A DNA stretch of 64,000 nucleotides from the human T2T-CHM13v2.0 reference genome, Homo sapiens: the NCBI RefSeq assembly GCF_009914755.1, contig NC_060936.1. One strand, written 5' to 3'. The notes beneath the pieces are model-generated. The model was not told the origin of the DNA and searched no databases. It worked only from the letters and a program-made list of their open reading frames with translations. Shown in pieces: positions 20,659 through 41,236 of this stretch (the first letter of the stretch is position 1; the number at the start of each line of letters is the position of its first letter). Made by a program: the position numbers and the translations under genes.

Positions 20659-20853
20659 TTAAAGACCTCCGTGCCTGTGGACTCATTTTTCTCTCTGTTG
20701 ACCAGTGAGCGAGTGGCAAAGCAGTTCCCAGTGATGACTGAGGCCATAACTCAAATTCGGGCAAAAGGTCTTCAGACTGCAGTCTTGAGCAATAATTTTT
20801 ATCTTCCCAACCAGAAAAGCTTTTTGCCCCTGGACCGGAAACAGTTTGATGTG
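20659..20853 (+). CDS. ACAD10: ACAD10 exon 4 (195 nt), HAD motif II (AVLSNN)
   Basis: ttag|TTAAAG...GTG|gtaagc; [14 protein letters not shown]...[12 protein letters not shown]...QFDV (c.531). Confidence 0.95.
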
Positions 20854-21390
20854 GTAAGCTTGAGCTAATTGAAAACCATTGGAACAGAATCTGTGCCCTC
20901 GCTTCAGGGTGCAATGTTAAATGCTATCTTCCAGCAGGTCTTGAGTGAGGGAGTTTTTCCTTCAGCCACTTGACTAAGTTAGGTTTAAATGCAATATGTT
21001 GAAAACAGACCCTTTAAGATATCACTGTGTTCTTAGCAAGGTCAGACATTTATGGCATTTGATTACTGGTTGACACTTCAGCTTTACATTCTAAATTCGA
21101 ACCTTAGTCTTCATATAACACAAGCATCTCTGTCAGCCCTCATATCGTAATGGATCCTTTGGCCTTTTCTAAGACCAACTATGTTGCCTTCTATTTCTGT
21201 GACGTTAGTTCCTAGACCAGTGCTGTCCAATAAAATTTTACTGCCTTCCTCGGCCTGATTTACTTCCATACTAAATCCATCTGCTCCATGTGTGTATCCC
21301 AACCTGTCATGTGATAAACCTATCGTTTTGACATGCTTGGCTATATTTGGGTACTTTACCTATTTATTTATTTTTATTTTTTTATTTTGA

Positions 21391-21498
<108 letters not shown>

Positions 21499-21555
21499 TA
21501 GCTGGAATTACAGATGTGTGCCACCATGCCTGGCTAATTTTTATATTTTTAGTAG

Positions 21556-21877
<322 letters not shown>

Positions 21878-24446
21878 TAGTAGAGACAGGGTTTCACCAT
21901 GTTGGCCAGGCTAGTCTCGAACTCCTGACCTCAAGTGATCTGCCCACCTCAGCCTCCCAAAGTGCTGGGATTACAGGCATGAGCCATCGTGCCTGGCCCC
22001 TATTTGGGTACTCTCTTTTTTTTTCCTTGAGAGAAGGTCTCTCTCTGTCGCCCAGGTTGGAGTTCAGTGGCGCAATCTCAGCTCATTGCATCCTCCACCT
22101 CCTGGGCTCAAGCAATTCTCGTGCCTCAGCCTCCTAGTAGCTGAGACTACAGGTGCATGCCACCACGCCTGGCTAGTTTTTGTGTTTTTTATGAATATTA
22201 GAGACTGGGTTTCACCCTGTTGGCCAGGGTGGTCTCAAACTTCAGACCTCAAGTGACCAACCCACCTCAGCCTCCCAAAGTGCTGAGATTACAGGCATGA
22301 GCCACTGTGCCTGGCCCTATTTGGATACTTTAAAAATGTTTGTTTTTGTCTTATAACCAACAGCAGTGATAATTCCCTTTAGAAACTCCAAAGCCCAGAT
22401 TGGCAGTTGATCTTCCAGCACCTTTTAGAGTTGTGATGGATCAGAAGGACCCTTCCCCTGGCCCATTCCTCCAAGGATATTCTGAGTCAGTGCAAAAGGG
22501 AACAGCTCATGAAATATAGTGAGAGTCATGGTAGCCTCTAGAACACATCAGATTAAATTTCTCTGATAACTCAAGTATTGGACATTTTGCTACCAGAGCC
22601 CCTTTCTGATTCTTTCCATCTTTGGAAGAGCTACTTTTGCTGGACTCCAGGAAGTGGCATATTACCTTAGCCCTACATCTGCCTATGCCTGGGTGTATTT
22701 GTACCCTTCGTTGGGCCAGTGAGATTAAAGATTTTCAACTCTGCCTACACATCACATGACCTGGGAGTTTGTAAAGATGCTGGGTCTGTTTCCCTGGAGG
22801 CTTTCATTGAGTATGTCTAGTTGGGATCCAGGCATGTGTATTTCGAAAAAGCTCCACAGGTGATTCTGCCTTGCAGCTGGGGTGAGATACCCCAAGACGC
22901 AGTGAGGGACTTCAGATTCTGTCCATGCTTTTCTCTTATCAGACAGCCTCTGTCATGCTTACCTTGAGAAGGAGGCTTCCCCTCCATCTTCCTGGGATAG
23001 AGCCTTGATAAATAAAATCATTTTTATCTGATCTACATTTGGAAAAACACTGACCTTGTTCCCACAGTTCCTGCTTTGCCAAGAAAGTAATAGAAGCCCT
23101 GAATAAGTTCATGCCATCATGTGCAAAATAAGAAAGAGAAGGCTAGAGATCTTATCAAATAAATCTTAAGAATTTATTTTACTTCCCCCAGATGTAATTC
23201 ACCTAGTGAGAGGAGCCGAATGCTTCCTGGAACTTTGCCCCATCCCCCCCAATTCCCTCCACTCTCCTAGCTCTTGTCTCAGCCAGTACAGCTCTGCCAC
23301 TTCCATCTGGTACGTTACATCGACTGGTGTCTGAAACACCCTGCTTCTGTACTTCTCACTATTGACGTTTTCTTTAGGGTAGCCTCTTAGACTTTTTTTT
23401 TTTAGCTCATTCAGGTCCTTAGGAGACAAGAGAAAGTAGAAAGGTCCAGTTTATTCCAGACATTTATTTACCTGAAAGGGCAGTTCTCACCCAACCCAGA
23501 ATGCAAGTGTAGGGTAGAGAGAGGGGCCACTGGGTTTGTCCTTGGCCTTGGAGAGCTTGGGTCATTCCAAGTGGCAAGTCAGAGATTTAGTTCTGTTCTT
23601 AGGGCAGATCAGAGGGTATTGGTTATAGGCTATGTGGCTATAGGAGATTGGGCCCACTCTATAGGAGATTACGCCCTGGGGACACTGTAAAAGGACTTTC
23701 GGGGAATCAGTGGATCAGAGACAGCCTGACACTGAGAAGGCTTTCCCGTGTTCTCCTGAACTCTCACCAGCACCCTCCACCCATTACGGATCAGATATGT
23801 GGCTGAAGCAAGGTCGTCAGAGTACAGGAGCCTCTTAGCATGTCAGGAACAGTGTCAGCCCTCCCATGGAATTTCTGTCTAAATGGAGTATGGATGGGTT
23901 TTTAACCTCTGAAATAAACACTAAGTTCGTATTTATTTTATACCTGTAATAGTGTCTTCTTTCTGCAAAAAAAAAAAAAAATGGCGAAATGCTTTCCGTC
24001 AAACTGACATGTACAGCTTTTCTTCTGCTCTGTTTAGCCCCAAGATGTGACATTAGCCAAATGCTTTGTCATTTTGGAACCCACTTAAGTTTCATTTAAG
24101 TTTCACAACTTACTGAGCTAAGATAGGTACGATGACTATTAATATTATTCCCATTTTATTGATGATGGCACTGAGGCCCATTATGGCTTTGCTCGTTTGC
24201 ACAGGGTCACAGTGTCTGAAACAGACACTTTGGTTTCTCGAGTTTGCCCCCACGTTGTAACCCAGTATTGTCAAATTACTCAATGTAAGAAGGCAACATC
24301 ATTTTATATCATAACACTCTTAAATTACTTGTTATAATAAATCTCAACTGTCCTTCTTATGCTTTTCCTCTCAAAAAGTTTACCAGCATGCATGTGGGAG
24401 CTCCACCTTTCGGGACATTCATCTCTCATTCCTGTCCCTCCATCAG

Positions 24447-24605
24447 ATTGTGGAGTCCTGCATGGAAGGGATCTGTAAGCCAGACCCTAGGATCTACAAG
24501 CTGTGCTTGGAGCAGCTCGGCCTGCAGCCCTCTGAGTCCATCTTTCTTGATGACCTTGGAACAAATCTAAAAGAAGCTGCCAGACTTGGTATTCACACCA
24601 TTAAG
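24447..24605 (+). CDS. ACAD10: ACAD10 exon 5 (159 nt), HAD motifs III/IV (KPDPRIY, FLDD)
   Basis: cag|ATTGTG...AAG|gtaata; [53 protein letters not shown] (c.690). Confidence 0.96.
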
Positions 24606-25193
24606 GTAATAGTCACTAATTTTTGAACTCCCTCCCATGCACCAGCCACTAATGCAATGTTTCTCTGTAATCTTTTTACATTTGTAGCTCTAGCTTTCCT
24701 TAGGGTTTCCCCCTGTGTTTCCATAGTCATCTTATTTTGTGTTAATTATGAAATCTATGTGACTAGCTGCTTGTATTTTCAATGGGAAGCAAGACAAACA
24801 GGTACTGCGAAGGCAGGTTGAGAAAAGAGATGGGAAAGGAGGTGAATGGCAGGCTTAAGACCTTTGTGGGGGTGTTCACACTGTCCTCATGATCCAGTGA
24901 TGCTGCCTTAAGTGGGGAGCCAGTGGCCACCAGCCATGCAGGCCATGCAGCTCACTGCTGTAAAGCACGAGAAGCCATGTGAGGGGGTCTCATGCCAACT
25001 TTTTTCTATTCTTTTTTTTTTTTTTTCTCATACAGGGTCTTGTTATGTCACCCAGGCTGGAGTGCAGTGGTGCAATCATAGCTCACTGTAGCCTCAACCT
25101 CCTGGGCTTAAGTGATCCTCCTACCTCAGTCTCCTGAGTAGCTGACCAGAGGCATACACCACCACACCCGACTAATTTTTGTATTTTTTGTAG

Positions 25194-25286
25194 AGACAGG
25201 GTTTTGCCGTGTTGCCCAAGCTGGTGTCGAACTCCTGGGCTCAAGCGATCTACCCACCTTACCCTCCCAAAGTGGTGAGATTACAG
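25194..25286 (+). CDS. ACAD10: Alu-derived in-frame cassette exon of ACAD10 (93 nt, 31 aa)
   Basis: ttttttgtag|AGACAG...TTACAG|gtgtga inside an antisense Alu; phase 0-0, no stop: [31 protein letters not shown]. Matches my recollection of a 31-aa-longer ACAD10 isoform. Confidence 0.75.
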
Positions 25287-26009
25287 GTGTGAGCCACCAT
25301 GCCTGGCTTCTATTCTTCTATGTTTGGGTTTTCATCGTCGAGCTGATGGGCCTGTAGGGTAAGAGCAAACGTTGTAACATAATCTTCTTTCTTCTTGGCA
25401 CAAGAGGGTATTGTGAAATTTTTTTTTTTTTTTGAAACAGAGTTTCACTTTGTCACCCAGGCTGGAATACAGTGGCATGATCTTGGCTCACTGTAACCTC
25501 TGCCTCCCTGGTTCAAGCAATTCTCGTGTGTCAGCCCCCTGAGTAGCTGGGACTATAGGCGCACGCCACCATGCCCGGTTAATTTTTTGTATTTTAGTAA
25601 AGACAGGGTTTCACCATGTTGCCCAAGCTGGTCTCAAACTCCTAAGCTCAGGAAATCTGCCCGCCTCGCCTCCCAAAGATTCACGGCCTCACCACGCCCG
25701 GCCGTGAATCTTTTTTGAGATGAGGTCTTGCTAGGTTGCCGAGGGCTTTGAACTCCTGGACTCCAGCAGTCCTCCCACCTCAGGCTTCCCAAGTGGCTGG
25801 AACTGTGGGTGCACACCATCATGCCTAGCTGTTTTGTGAACCGTTGACCAGTGCTTCTCTCTGCAGGATAGAAAGTTCAGTGTGGTTAGGAGTTAAATGG
25901 GAAGAGGAAATGCATTCTACTGCTCCCTCATTAGCTAAATATCCTGGGTTCGAAGGCCTTCCTCAGAGTACTGACTTCTTTGATAATTTCCCTCTAAAGG
26001 ACTACCCTT

Positions 26010-27220
<1,211 letters not shown>

Positions 27221-27418
27221 CCTCCTAGGAAACAGATAGGAGCCCCTGAGGCCAGGATTGACTGCTGGCACCTGTTCAATATATATTCTCTGCACCTGTA
27301 CTACCATGAATTGTAAAATTAAAAATATATACGTGTATATATTCTCAACATCCTGTGAAAGGAAGGGAAAAATAACAACAACAAAAAATATACATCTACA
27401 TATTCTCTCTGAAACCAG

Positions 27419-27578
27419 GTTAATGACCCAGAGACTGCAGTAAAGGAATTAGAAGCTCTCTTGGGTTTTACATTGAGAGTAGGTGTTCCAAACACTCGGC
27501 CTGTGAAAAAGACGATGGAAATTCCGAAAGATTCCTTGCAGAAGTACCTCAAAGACTTACTGGGTATCCAGACCACAG
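27419..27578 (+). CDS. ACAD10: ACAD10 exon 6 (160 nt), HAD/kinase junction
   Basis: ccag|GTTAAT...ACAG|gtatgt; [53 protein letters not shown] (c.850). Confidence 0.95.
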
Positions 27579-27879
27579 GTATGTGGGCTTCTTTCATGTT
27601 TTGGTAGCTCTCTCCAAGGCGAAGGTTTTGGTCTGTTTCTCACTTTTCAACCCTAATGGAATGGGCTGGAGACAAAGAAGCTTTACAGTGAGGAAAATAG
27701 CCATTGGGCCTGGTGCATCGGAGCACTGCTTTCAGTTTTGCTTGGGAAAAAGCATTAACTTCCCTATTTATGCATCTCCAAAAGTGTACCTATCCCACTC
27801 TTACACCTGAGAGTGTGGTATGGCAGTGGTTGCCTGCTTTCAACAGGGAGAGGAACTTGGGGACTGCAGTGTGTGCTCA

Positions 27880-28635
<756 letters not shown>

Positions 28636-28715
28636 TCACCTGAAGTCAGGAGTTCGAGGTCAGCCTGGCCAACATGGCAAAACCCCATCTCTACTAAAAA
28701 TATAAAAATTAGCTA

Positions 28716-29248
<533 letters not shown>

Positions 29249-29399
29249 TCACATTCCCCCCTCAGAAAACCAGGTGCCTTGTGTGCTTTAGAGGACACTT
29301 TTGGGCCAGGGGTGGTGGCTCATGCCTGTAATCCTACCACTTTGTGAGGCTGAGGTGGGCAGATCACTTGAGGCCAGGAGTTTGAGACCAGCCTGGTCA

Positions 29400-29627
<228 letters not shown>

Positions 29628-29652
29628 TTAAATTAAATTAAATTTTTTTTGA

Positions 29653-29913
<261 letters not shown>

Positions 29914-30741
29914 TGAGCCTCCGCACCTGGCCAAAGAAGACATTTTTCCCAGGTAATAAAGGCTTCACCCACTTGCTCCGTGAAAAAGGCTTTTATTGAT
30001 GGAGTTTCATGTTAGGATGTTTTCCAGCAATTGGATTATTGGTAGTGGCCTCTGCACAGCTGAGGCGCCCACTCTGGCCAGCCAGAAGAACTCAGGCCGA
30101 GTTCTGTTGCTTGCCTACTCTTCTAACCAAGTGAAATCAGTCTATACCCAGGGTTCAGTCTTCTTATGGAGCTGAGAATGAATTAGTTTCACCTCAGCCA
30201 GGATCCTGCAAGGGAGCCACAGAATTCAGCCTAGTGCAGTGGGAAATTACATCTCATGAAAGCAGCTTTGGGTCAGGCCGAAGGCCTCTGTGTCACTCCT
30301 TTCAGCTGTCCCAGCAGTGTCAGGCAGAGGGACGTGCAAGGGCACCTTTCATCCTCAGGCTTAAAGCATTCCATTTGGCAAGATGGGTTGCCATGGCTGC
30401 GTTTGTGCTTGATAAACAGAATGAACATGTTTTTATTCATGGAGCAGGAGCTGGCAGGAAGGACAAAATTGGACACCTGCACAAACTGAGAAAATTACTG
30501 TGGTATAAAATGAATGGCCTTTGACAAACTGTAGTGGCATGTGATCCTGGACCTGAGTTGGCGGAGTGTAGACCTGGGACTCAGTCACTCCTAGTAGGCA
30601 GAGAAGAGGTACTTTTCTTGCACTGCATGGCAGATGAGGATATTTTGAAGCCCAAATGCAGAACTCATTAGAAAGAAAGAATGTCTGCTCAGATCTGTCC
30701 TCCAGGGCTGGTTTGAGTTTTCTTTGTTTTCAAACTTGCAG

Positions 30742-30883
30742 GCCCATTGGAACTACTTCAGTTTGATCACGGGCAGTCAAATCCAACTTACTACATCAGG
30801 CTGGCTAATCGTGATCTAGTTCTGAGGAAGAAGCCCCCAGGGACACTCCTTCCATCTGCCCATGCCATAGAGAGGGAGTTCAG
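30742..30883 (+). CDS. ACAD10: ACAD10 exon 7 (142 nt), APH-like kinase N-lobe
   Basis: gcag|GCCCA...CAG|gtaagt; [41 protein letters not shown] (c.992). Confidence 0.96.
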
Positions 30884-32007
30884 GTAAGTTTTCAGGGCCA
30901 GGGGAGCACTTGCCCACTAGCCTCCACTGTGCACAAGCTCAGCCCTAAACTGAAAAGTCAGCACTCCATAAAAATACCCCAAGACATTTAAAACTACAAT
31001 TATGGGCCAGGCTTGGTGGGTCACACCTATAATCCCAGTGCCTTGGGAGACCGAGGCAAGAGGATCATTGAGCCCAAGAGGTCAAGACCAGCCTAGGCAA
31101 TGCAGCAAGACCCTGTTTCTACCCCCCATCCCCCCCCAAAAAAAAGCCTGGGTGTGCTGGCATGAACCTGTAGTCACACCTACTCAGGAGGCTGAGGTGG
31201 GAGGATTGCTTGAGCTGGGAGGTTAAGGCTACAGTGAGTTACTGTGGCATCATTGCACTCCCACCTGGGAGACATTGTGAAACCCTGCTCCAATCCCCCA
31301 AAAAGCCAAATGTAAATTAGAACTATTCTGGAAAACAATATGATACAATTTATTAAAAGCCTCAGCGTTTTCATACTTTCAGACCTAATAATTCCAATTC
31401 TGGGGCTCTGTCTTAAAGAAATAATTCTAAGTAGGGGGAAACAGCTGTATGTATTAATATGCTCACCATAAAGTTGTTTAATAATAAGAATTTGGAAGGC
31501 CAGGAGCAGTAGCTACCATAGTCCCAGCACTTTGGGAGGCTGAGGCAGGTGGATGACTTGAACTCAGGAATTGAAGACCAGCCTGGACAACATAGTGAAA
31601 ACCTGTCTCTACCAAAAATACGAAAAATTAGTTGGGTGTGGTGGCACATACCTGTAGTTCCATCTACTCAGGAGGCTGAGGTGGGAGGATCTCTTGAACC
31701 TGGGAGGTGGAAGCTGCACTGAGCCGAGGTGGGCACCACTGCACTCCAGCCTGGGTGACAGAGCGAGACTGTGTCTCAAGAAACAAACAAAAGAGTTTGG
31801 AAACTACTTAAATATACTATAATCTGTACCATAATCAGGAAATAATTAAGTAAACCTTGGTATATATACTGTCGCAATGACAGTAATAGTAATAGCTAAC
31901 ATTTATCGAATGGTTAATATGTGCCAGGCACTAAAATAAATGCTTCGAATGTCTGTTACTGCAGAGCATCCTCACAACTCTATGATATGTTACAATTATA
32001 GTCCTCA

Positions 32008-32265
<258 letters not shown>

Positions 32266-32769
32266 TCAAAAAAAAAAAAAAAAAAAAATTAACCAGCATA
32301 CCCAGGGTCATAAAACTAGTAAGCAAGTGCTAGAGTCTGGCTTTATAGCCAGTCTGTGAGATTTCATAGCTCACCTTTAATGATTATGCTGTTATTGCAG
32401 CTAATAAAAGTATGCCTATAATAACAAATGTGTATGATAAAATTTTAAGATAGTAAAGGCAGATACAAACTGCATATATAGTATTAGCTGATTTTTTTTT
32501 TTTTTTTAGGCAGAGTGTCACTATTGTCCAGGCTGGAGTACAGTGGTGTGATGATACCTCACTATAATCTCGAACTCCTGGGCTCAAGTGATTCTCCGCC
32601 TCAGCCTCCCAAATACTACAGGCACATGCCATCATGCCTGGCTAGTTTTAAAAATTTTTTTGTAGAGATGGGGCCTCACTATATTGCCTGAACTCTTGGC
32701 CTCAAGCAATCCTCCCACCTTGGCCTCCCAAAGTATTGGGGATTACAGGCATGAGCCAGCGTGCCTGGC

Positions 32770-36180
<3,411 letters not shown>

Positions 36181-36269
36181 ATTTTTAATTCAGAAAAGTA
36201 ATTTCAGGCCAGGCACAATGGCTTATGCCTGTAATCCCAGGACTTTGGGAGGCCGGGGCAGGTGGATCA

Positions 36270-36533
<264 letters not shown>

Positions 36534-36591
36534 TCAAGAAAATCTCATCAATTCAGCCAGCAATTTTGTTTATTTTCATTTGTCCTTGCAG

Positions 36592-36660
36592 GATTATGAA
36601 AGCCCTTGCAAATGCTGGAGTACCTGTCCCTAACGTTCTTGATCTCTGTGAAGATTCAAG
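36592..36660 (+). CDS. ACAD10: ACAD10 exon 8 (69 nt)
   Basis: gcag|GATT...AAG|gtaaag; [22 protein letters not shown] (c.1061). Confidence 0.95.
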
Positions 36661-37165
36661 GTAAAGTTCAGATGTTTTTGCTATTGCACTTTCAAGCTAC
36701 AGGAGAGAAAAGCCCATATGCTAACACAAATTCCAATTTGTTAAAGACAAATAAAATTTGGGTAGGAGGGAAAAGAAACTTTATCACAACCTCTCCCAGA
36801 AGTTCTCAGATATTTAAGTTATCCTGCAAGATAAGTATATGCCTGCTTTAGGGATAATTGGTAGAAAACATCTTTTTTAACATTCAAAAAATACATATTA
36901 ATCTAGTTTCATGTTGCTTGTCTTTATTTATTTTTTTAATCAGAGTCTTTCTAAACTGTTTTGTTTTGTTTTTTTGAGACGGAGTCTCATTCTGTCACCC
37001 AGACTGGAGTCTCATTCTGTCACCCAGACTGGAGTCCAGTGGCCTAATCTCGGTTCACTGCAACCTCTGCCTCCTGGGTTCAAGTGATTCTGCTGCCTCA
37101 GTCTCCTGAGTAGCTGGGATTACAGGTGCCCCCTACTATGCCCAGCTAGTTTTTGTAATTTTTGA

Positions 37166-37285
<120 letters not shown>

Positions 37286-37290
37286 TAAAC

Positions 37291-39846
37291 TATTTATTTA
37301 TTTATTTATTTATTTATTTATTTTTTATTGATAATTCTTGGGTGTTTCTCACAGAGGGGGATTTGGCTGGGTCATAGGACAATAGTGGAGGGAAGGTCAG
37401 CAGATAAACAAGTGAACAAAGGTCTCTGGTTTTCCTAGCAGAGGACCCTGCGGCCTTCCGCAGTGTTTGTGTCCCTGGGTACTTGAGATTAGGGAGTGGT
37501 GATGACTCTTAACGAGCATGCTGCCTTCAAGCTTCTGTTTAACAAAGCACATCTTGCACCGCCCTTAATCCATTTAACCCTGAGTGGACACAGCACATGT
37601 TTCAGAGAGCACAGGGTTGGGGGCAAGGTCACAGATCAACAGGATCCCAAGGCAGAAGAAGTTTTCTTAGTACAGAACAAAATGAAAAGTCTCCCATGTC
37701 TACTTCTTTCTACACAGACACGGCAACCATCCGATTTCTCAATCTTTTCCCCACCTTTCCTGCCTTTCTATTCCACAAAGCCGCCATTGTCATCCTGGCC
37801 CGTTCTCAATGAGCTGTTGGGCACACCTCCCAGACGGGGTGGTGGCCGGGCAGAGGGGCTCCTCACTTCCCAGTAGGGGTGGCCGGGCAGAGGCGCCCCT
37901 CACCTCCCGGACGGGGCGGGTGGCCGGGCGGGGGGCTGACCCCCCCCCACCTCCCTCCCGGACGGGGCGGCTGGCCGGGCAGAGGGGCTCCTCACTTCCC
38001 AGTAGGGGCGGCCGGGCAGAGGCGCCCCTCACCTCCCAGACGGGGCGGCTAGCCGGGCGGGGGGCTGACCCCCCCACCTCCCTCCCGGACGGGGCGGCTG
38101 GCCGGGTGGGGGGCTGACCCCCCCTCCTCCCTCCCGGACGGGGCGGCTGGCCGGGCAGAGGGGCTCCTCACTTCCCAGTAGGGGCGGCCGGGCAGAGGCG
38201 CCCCTCACCTCCCAGACGGGGCGGCTGGCCGGGCGGGGGGGCTGACCCCCCCACCTCCCTCCCAGACGGGGCGGCTGTCCAGGCGGGGGGCTGACCCCCC
38301 CACCTCCCTCCCGGACGGGGCGGCTGGCCGGGCGGGGGGCTGACCCCCCCGCCTCCCTCCTGGACGGGGCAGCTGGCCGGGCGGGGGGCTGACCCCCCCG
38401 CCTCCCTCCCGGACGGGGCGGCTGGCCGGGCAGAGGGGCTCCTCACTTCCCAGTAGGGGCGGCCAGGCAGAGGCGCCCCTCACCTCCCGGACGGGGTGGC
38501 TGGCCGGGTGGGGGGCTGACCCCCCCACCTCCCTCCCGGACGGGGCGGCTGGCCGGGCGGGGGGCTGACCCCCCGACCTCCCTCCCGGACGGGGCGGGGG
38601 GCTGACCCCCCCCCCCACCTCCCTCCCGGACGGGGTGGCTGCCCGGCGGAGACGCTCCTCACTTCCCAGATGGGGTGGCTGCCGGGCAGAGAGGCTCCTC
38701 ACTTCTCAGATGGGGCGGCTGCCGGGCGGAGGGCCTCCTCACTTCTCAGACGGGGCGGTTGCCAGGCAGAGGGTCTCCTCACTTCTCAGACAGGGCGGCC
38801 GGGCAGGGACGCTCCTCACCTCCCAGACGGGGTCTCGGCCGGGCAGAGGCGCTCCTCACATCCCAGACGGGGCGGCGGGGCAGAGGCGCTCCCCACATCT
38901 CAGATGATGGGCGGCCAGGCAGAGACGCTCCTCACTTCCTAGATGTGATGGCGGCCGGGAAGAGGTGCTCCTCACTTCCTAGATGTGATGGCGGCCGGGA
39001 AGAGGTGCTCCTCACTTCCTAGATGGGATGGCGTCTGGGCGGATACGCTCCTCACTTTCCAGACTGGGCAGCCAGGCAGAGGGGCTCCTCACATCTCAGA
39101 CGATGGGTGGCCGGGCAGAGACGCTCCTCACTTCCTAGATGTGATGGCGTCACTTCCTAGATGTGATGGCGGCCGGGAAGAGGTGCTCCTCACTTCCTAG
39201 ATGGGATGGCGGCGGGGCGGAGACGCTCCTCACTTTCCAGACTGGGCAGCCAGGCAGAGGGGCTCCTCACATCCCAGACGATGGGCAGCCAGGCAGAGAC
39301 ACTCCTCACTTCCCAGACGGGGTGGCGGCCGGGCAGAGGCTGCAATCTCAGCACTTTGGGAGGCCAAGGCAGGCGGCTGGGAGGTGGAGGTTGTAGCGAG
39401 CCAAGATCACGCCACTGCACTCCAGCCTGGGCACCATTGAGCACTGAGTGAACGAGACTCCATCTGCAATCCCGGCACCTCGGGAGGCTGAGGCTGGCGG
39501 ATCACTCGCGGTTAGGGGCTGGAGACCGGCCTGGCCAACACAGCGAAACCCCGTCTCCACCAAAACCAGTCAGGCGTGGCGGCGCGTGCCTGCAATTGCA
39601 GGCACTCGGCAGGCTGAGGCAGGAGAATCAGGCAGGGAGGTTGCAGTGAGCTGAGATGGCAGCAGTACAGTCCAGCTTCGGCTCGGCATGAGAGGGAGAC
39701 CGTGGAAAGAGAGGGAGGGGAGACCGTGGAAAGAGAGGGAGAGGGAGACCGTGGAAAGAGAGGGAGAGGGAGACCGTGGAAAGAGAGGGAGAGGGAGACC
39801 GTGGAAAGAGAGGGAGAGGGAGACCGTGGGGAGAGGGAGAGGGAGA
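37291..39846 (-). mobile_element. Full-length SVA retrotransposon, antisense in ACAD10 intron 8
   Basis: On the minus strand: CCCTCT hexamer head (~39690-39846), Alu-like domain (~39340-39690), GC-rich VNTR (~37825-39340), SINE-R (~37325-37825) ending AGAAACACCCAAGAATTATCAATAAA, then a (TAAA)n tail. Short ACTATTT repeats at both flanks. Confidence 0.96.
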
Positions 39847-40423
39847 AGACTATTTTAAACAGCTTTGTAACATGCTTTTTGAGTGTCTCTTCTTTCCTAA
39901 TGTTTTAATTATGTAACATTTGAAACCTTCAGAAAAGGTGAAAGAAGAAAAACTAATACAATGAATACCTGTTTACACTTCATCTAGATCAAAAATTAAA
40001 ACATTGTTAACATTTTGCCACATTTATTTTCTGTATATGTGTGTGTGTATACATGTATACTTTTAACATGTAGATAATGATTTTTTTTGGCTGAACCTTT
40101 TGAAATAAGTTTCAGACAGCATGCATCTCTCAAGAATAAAGACATTGACCGGGCATAGTGGCTCACTCCTGTAATCCCAGCACTTAAGGAGGCTGAGGCA
40201 GGTAGATCACTTGAGCCCAGGAGTTTGAGACCAGCCAGGGCAACATGGCAAAACCCCATCTCTACAAAAACAAACAAAAAATTAGCCAGGCGTGGAGGTG
40301 CACACCTGTAGTCCTACCTACTTACCCGGAAGATTGTGGTGGGAGGATCACCTGAGCCTGGGAGGTGGAGGCTGCAGTGAGCTGTGATCACATCACTGCA
40401 CTCCAGGCTGGATGATAGAGTGA

Positions 40424-40735
<312 letters not shown>

Positions 40736-40921
40736 TGAGCCACTGCACCCGGCCGACATTGTTTTTCATAACCACAACACCAGTATACCTAACTAACAAT
40801 TATTTAATAATAATACTGAATATCTAACCCATGTTCAAATTTCCCCAATCCAAAACATCTTTTGTAATAATTTTTCAACTTGAAACATTTGTAATGGTAG
40901 GATTTTCAAAACAATTTTTTA

Positions 40922-41236
<315 letters not shown>

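Noticed and set aside
23700-23981. AATAAA plus A-run suggesting a processed pseudogene end
   Set aside because: The signal is about 50 nt from the A-run, with no flanking direct repeat and no recognisable ORF
27579-27607. Exon 6 read-through (GMWASFMFW-stop) as a HAD-only isoform
   Set aside because: No canonical poly(A) signal seen nearby; downstream Alu A-tails could cause internal-priming artefacts
39697-39820. Regular ~25-nt repeats resembling a CRISPR array
   Set aside because: No unique spacers, eukaryotic context; part of the SVA head
37496-39908. Pro/Gly/Arg-rich ORFs and repetitive EREGEGDRGK ORF
   Set aside because: Read-through of the SVA SINE-R, VNTR and hexamer repeats
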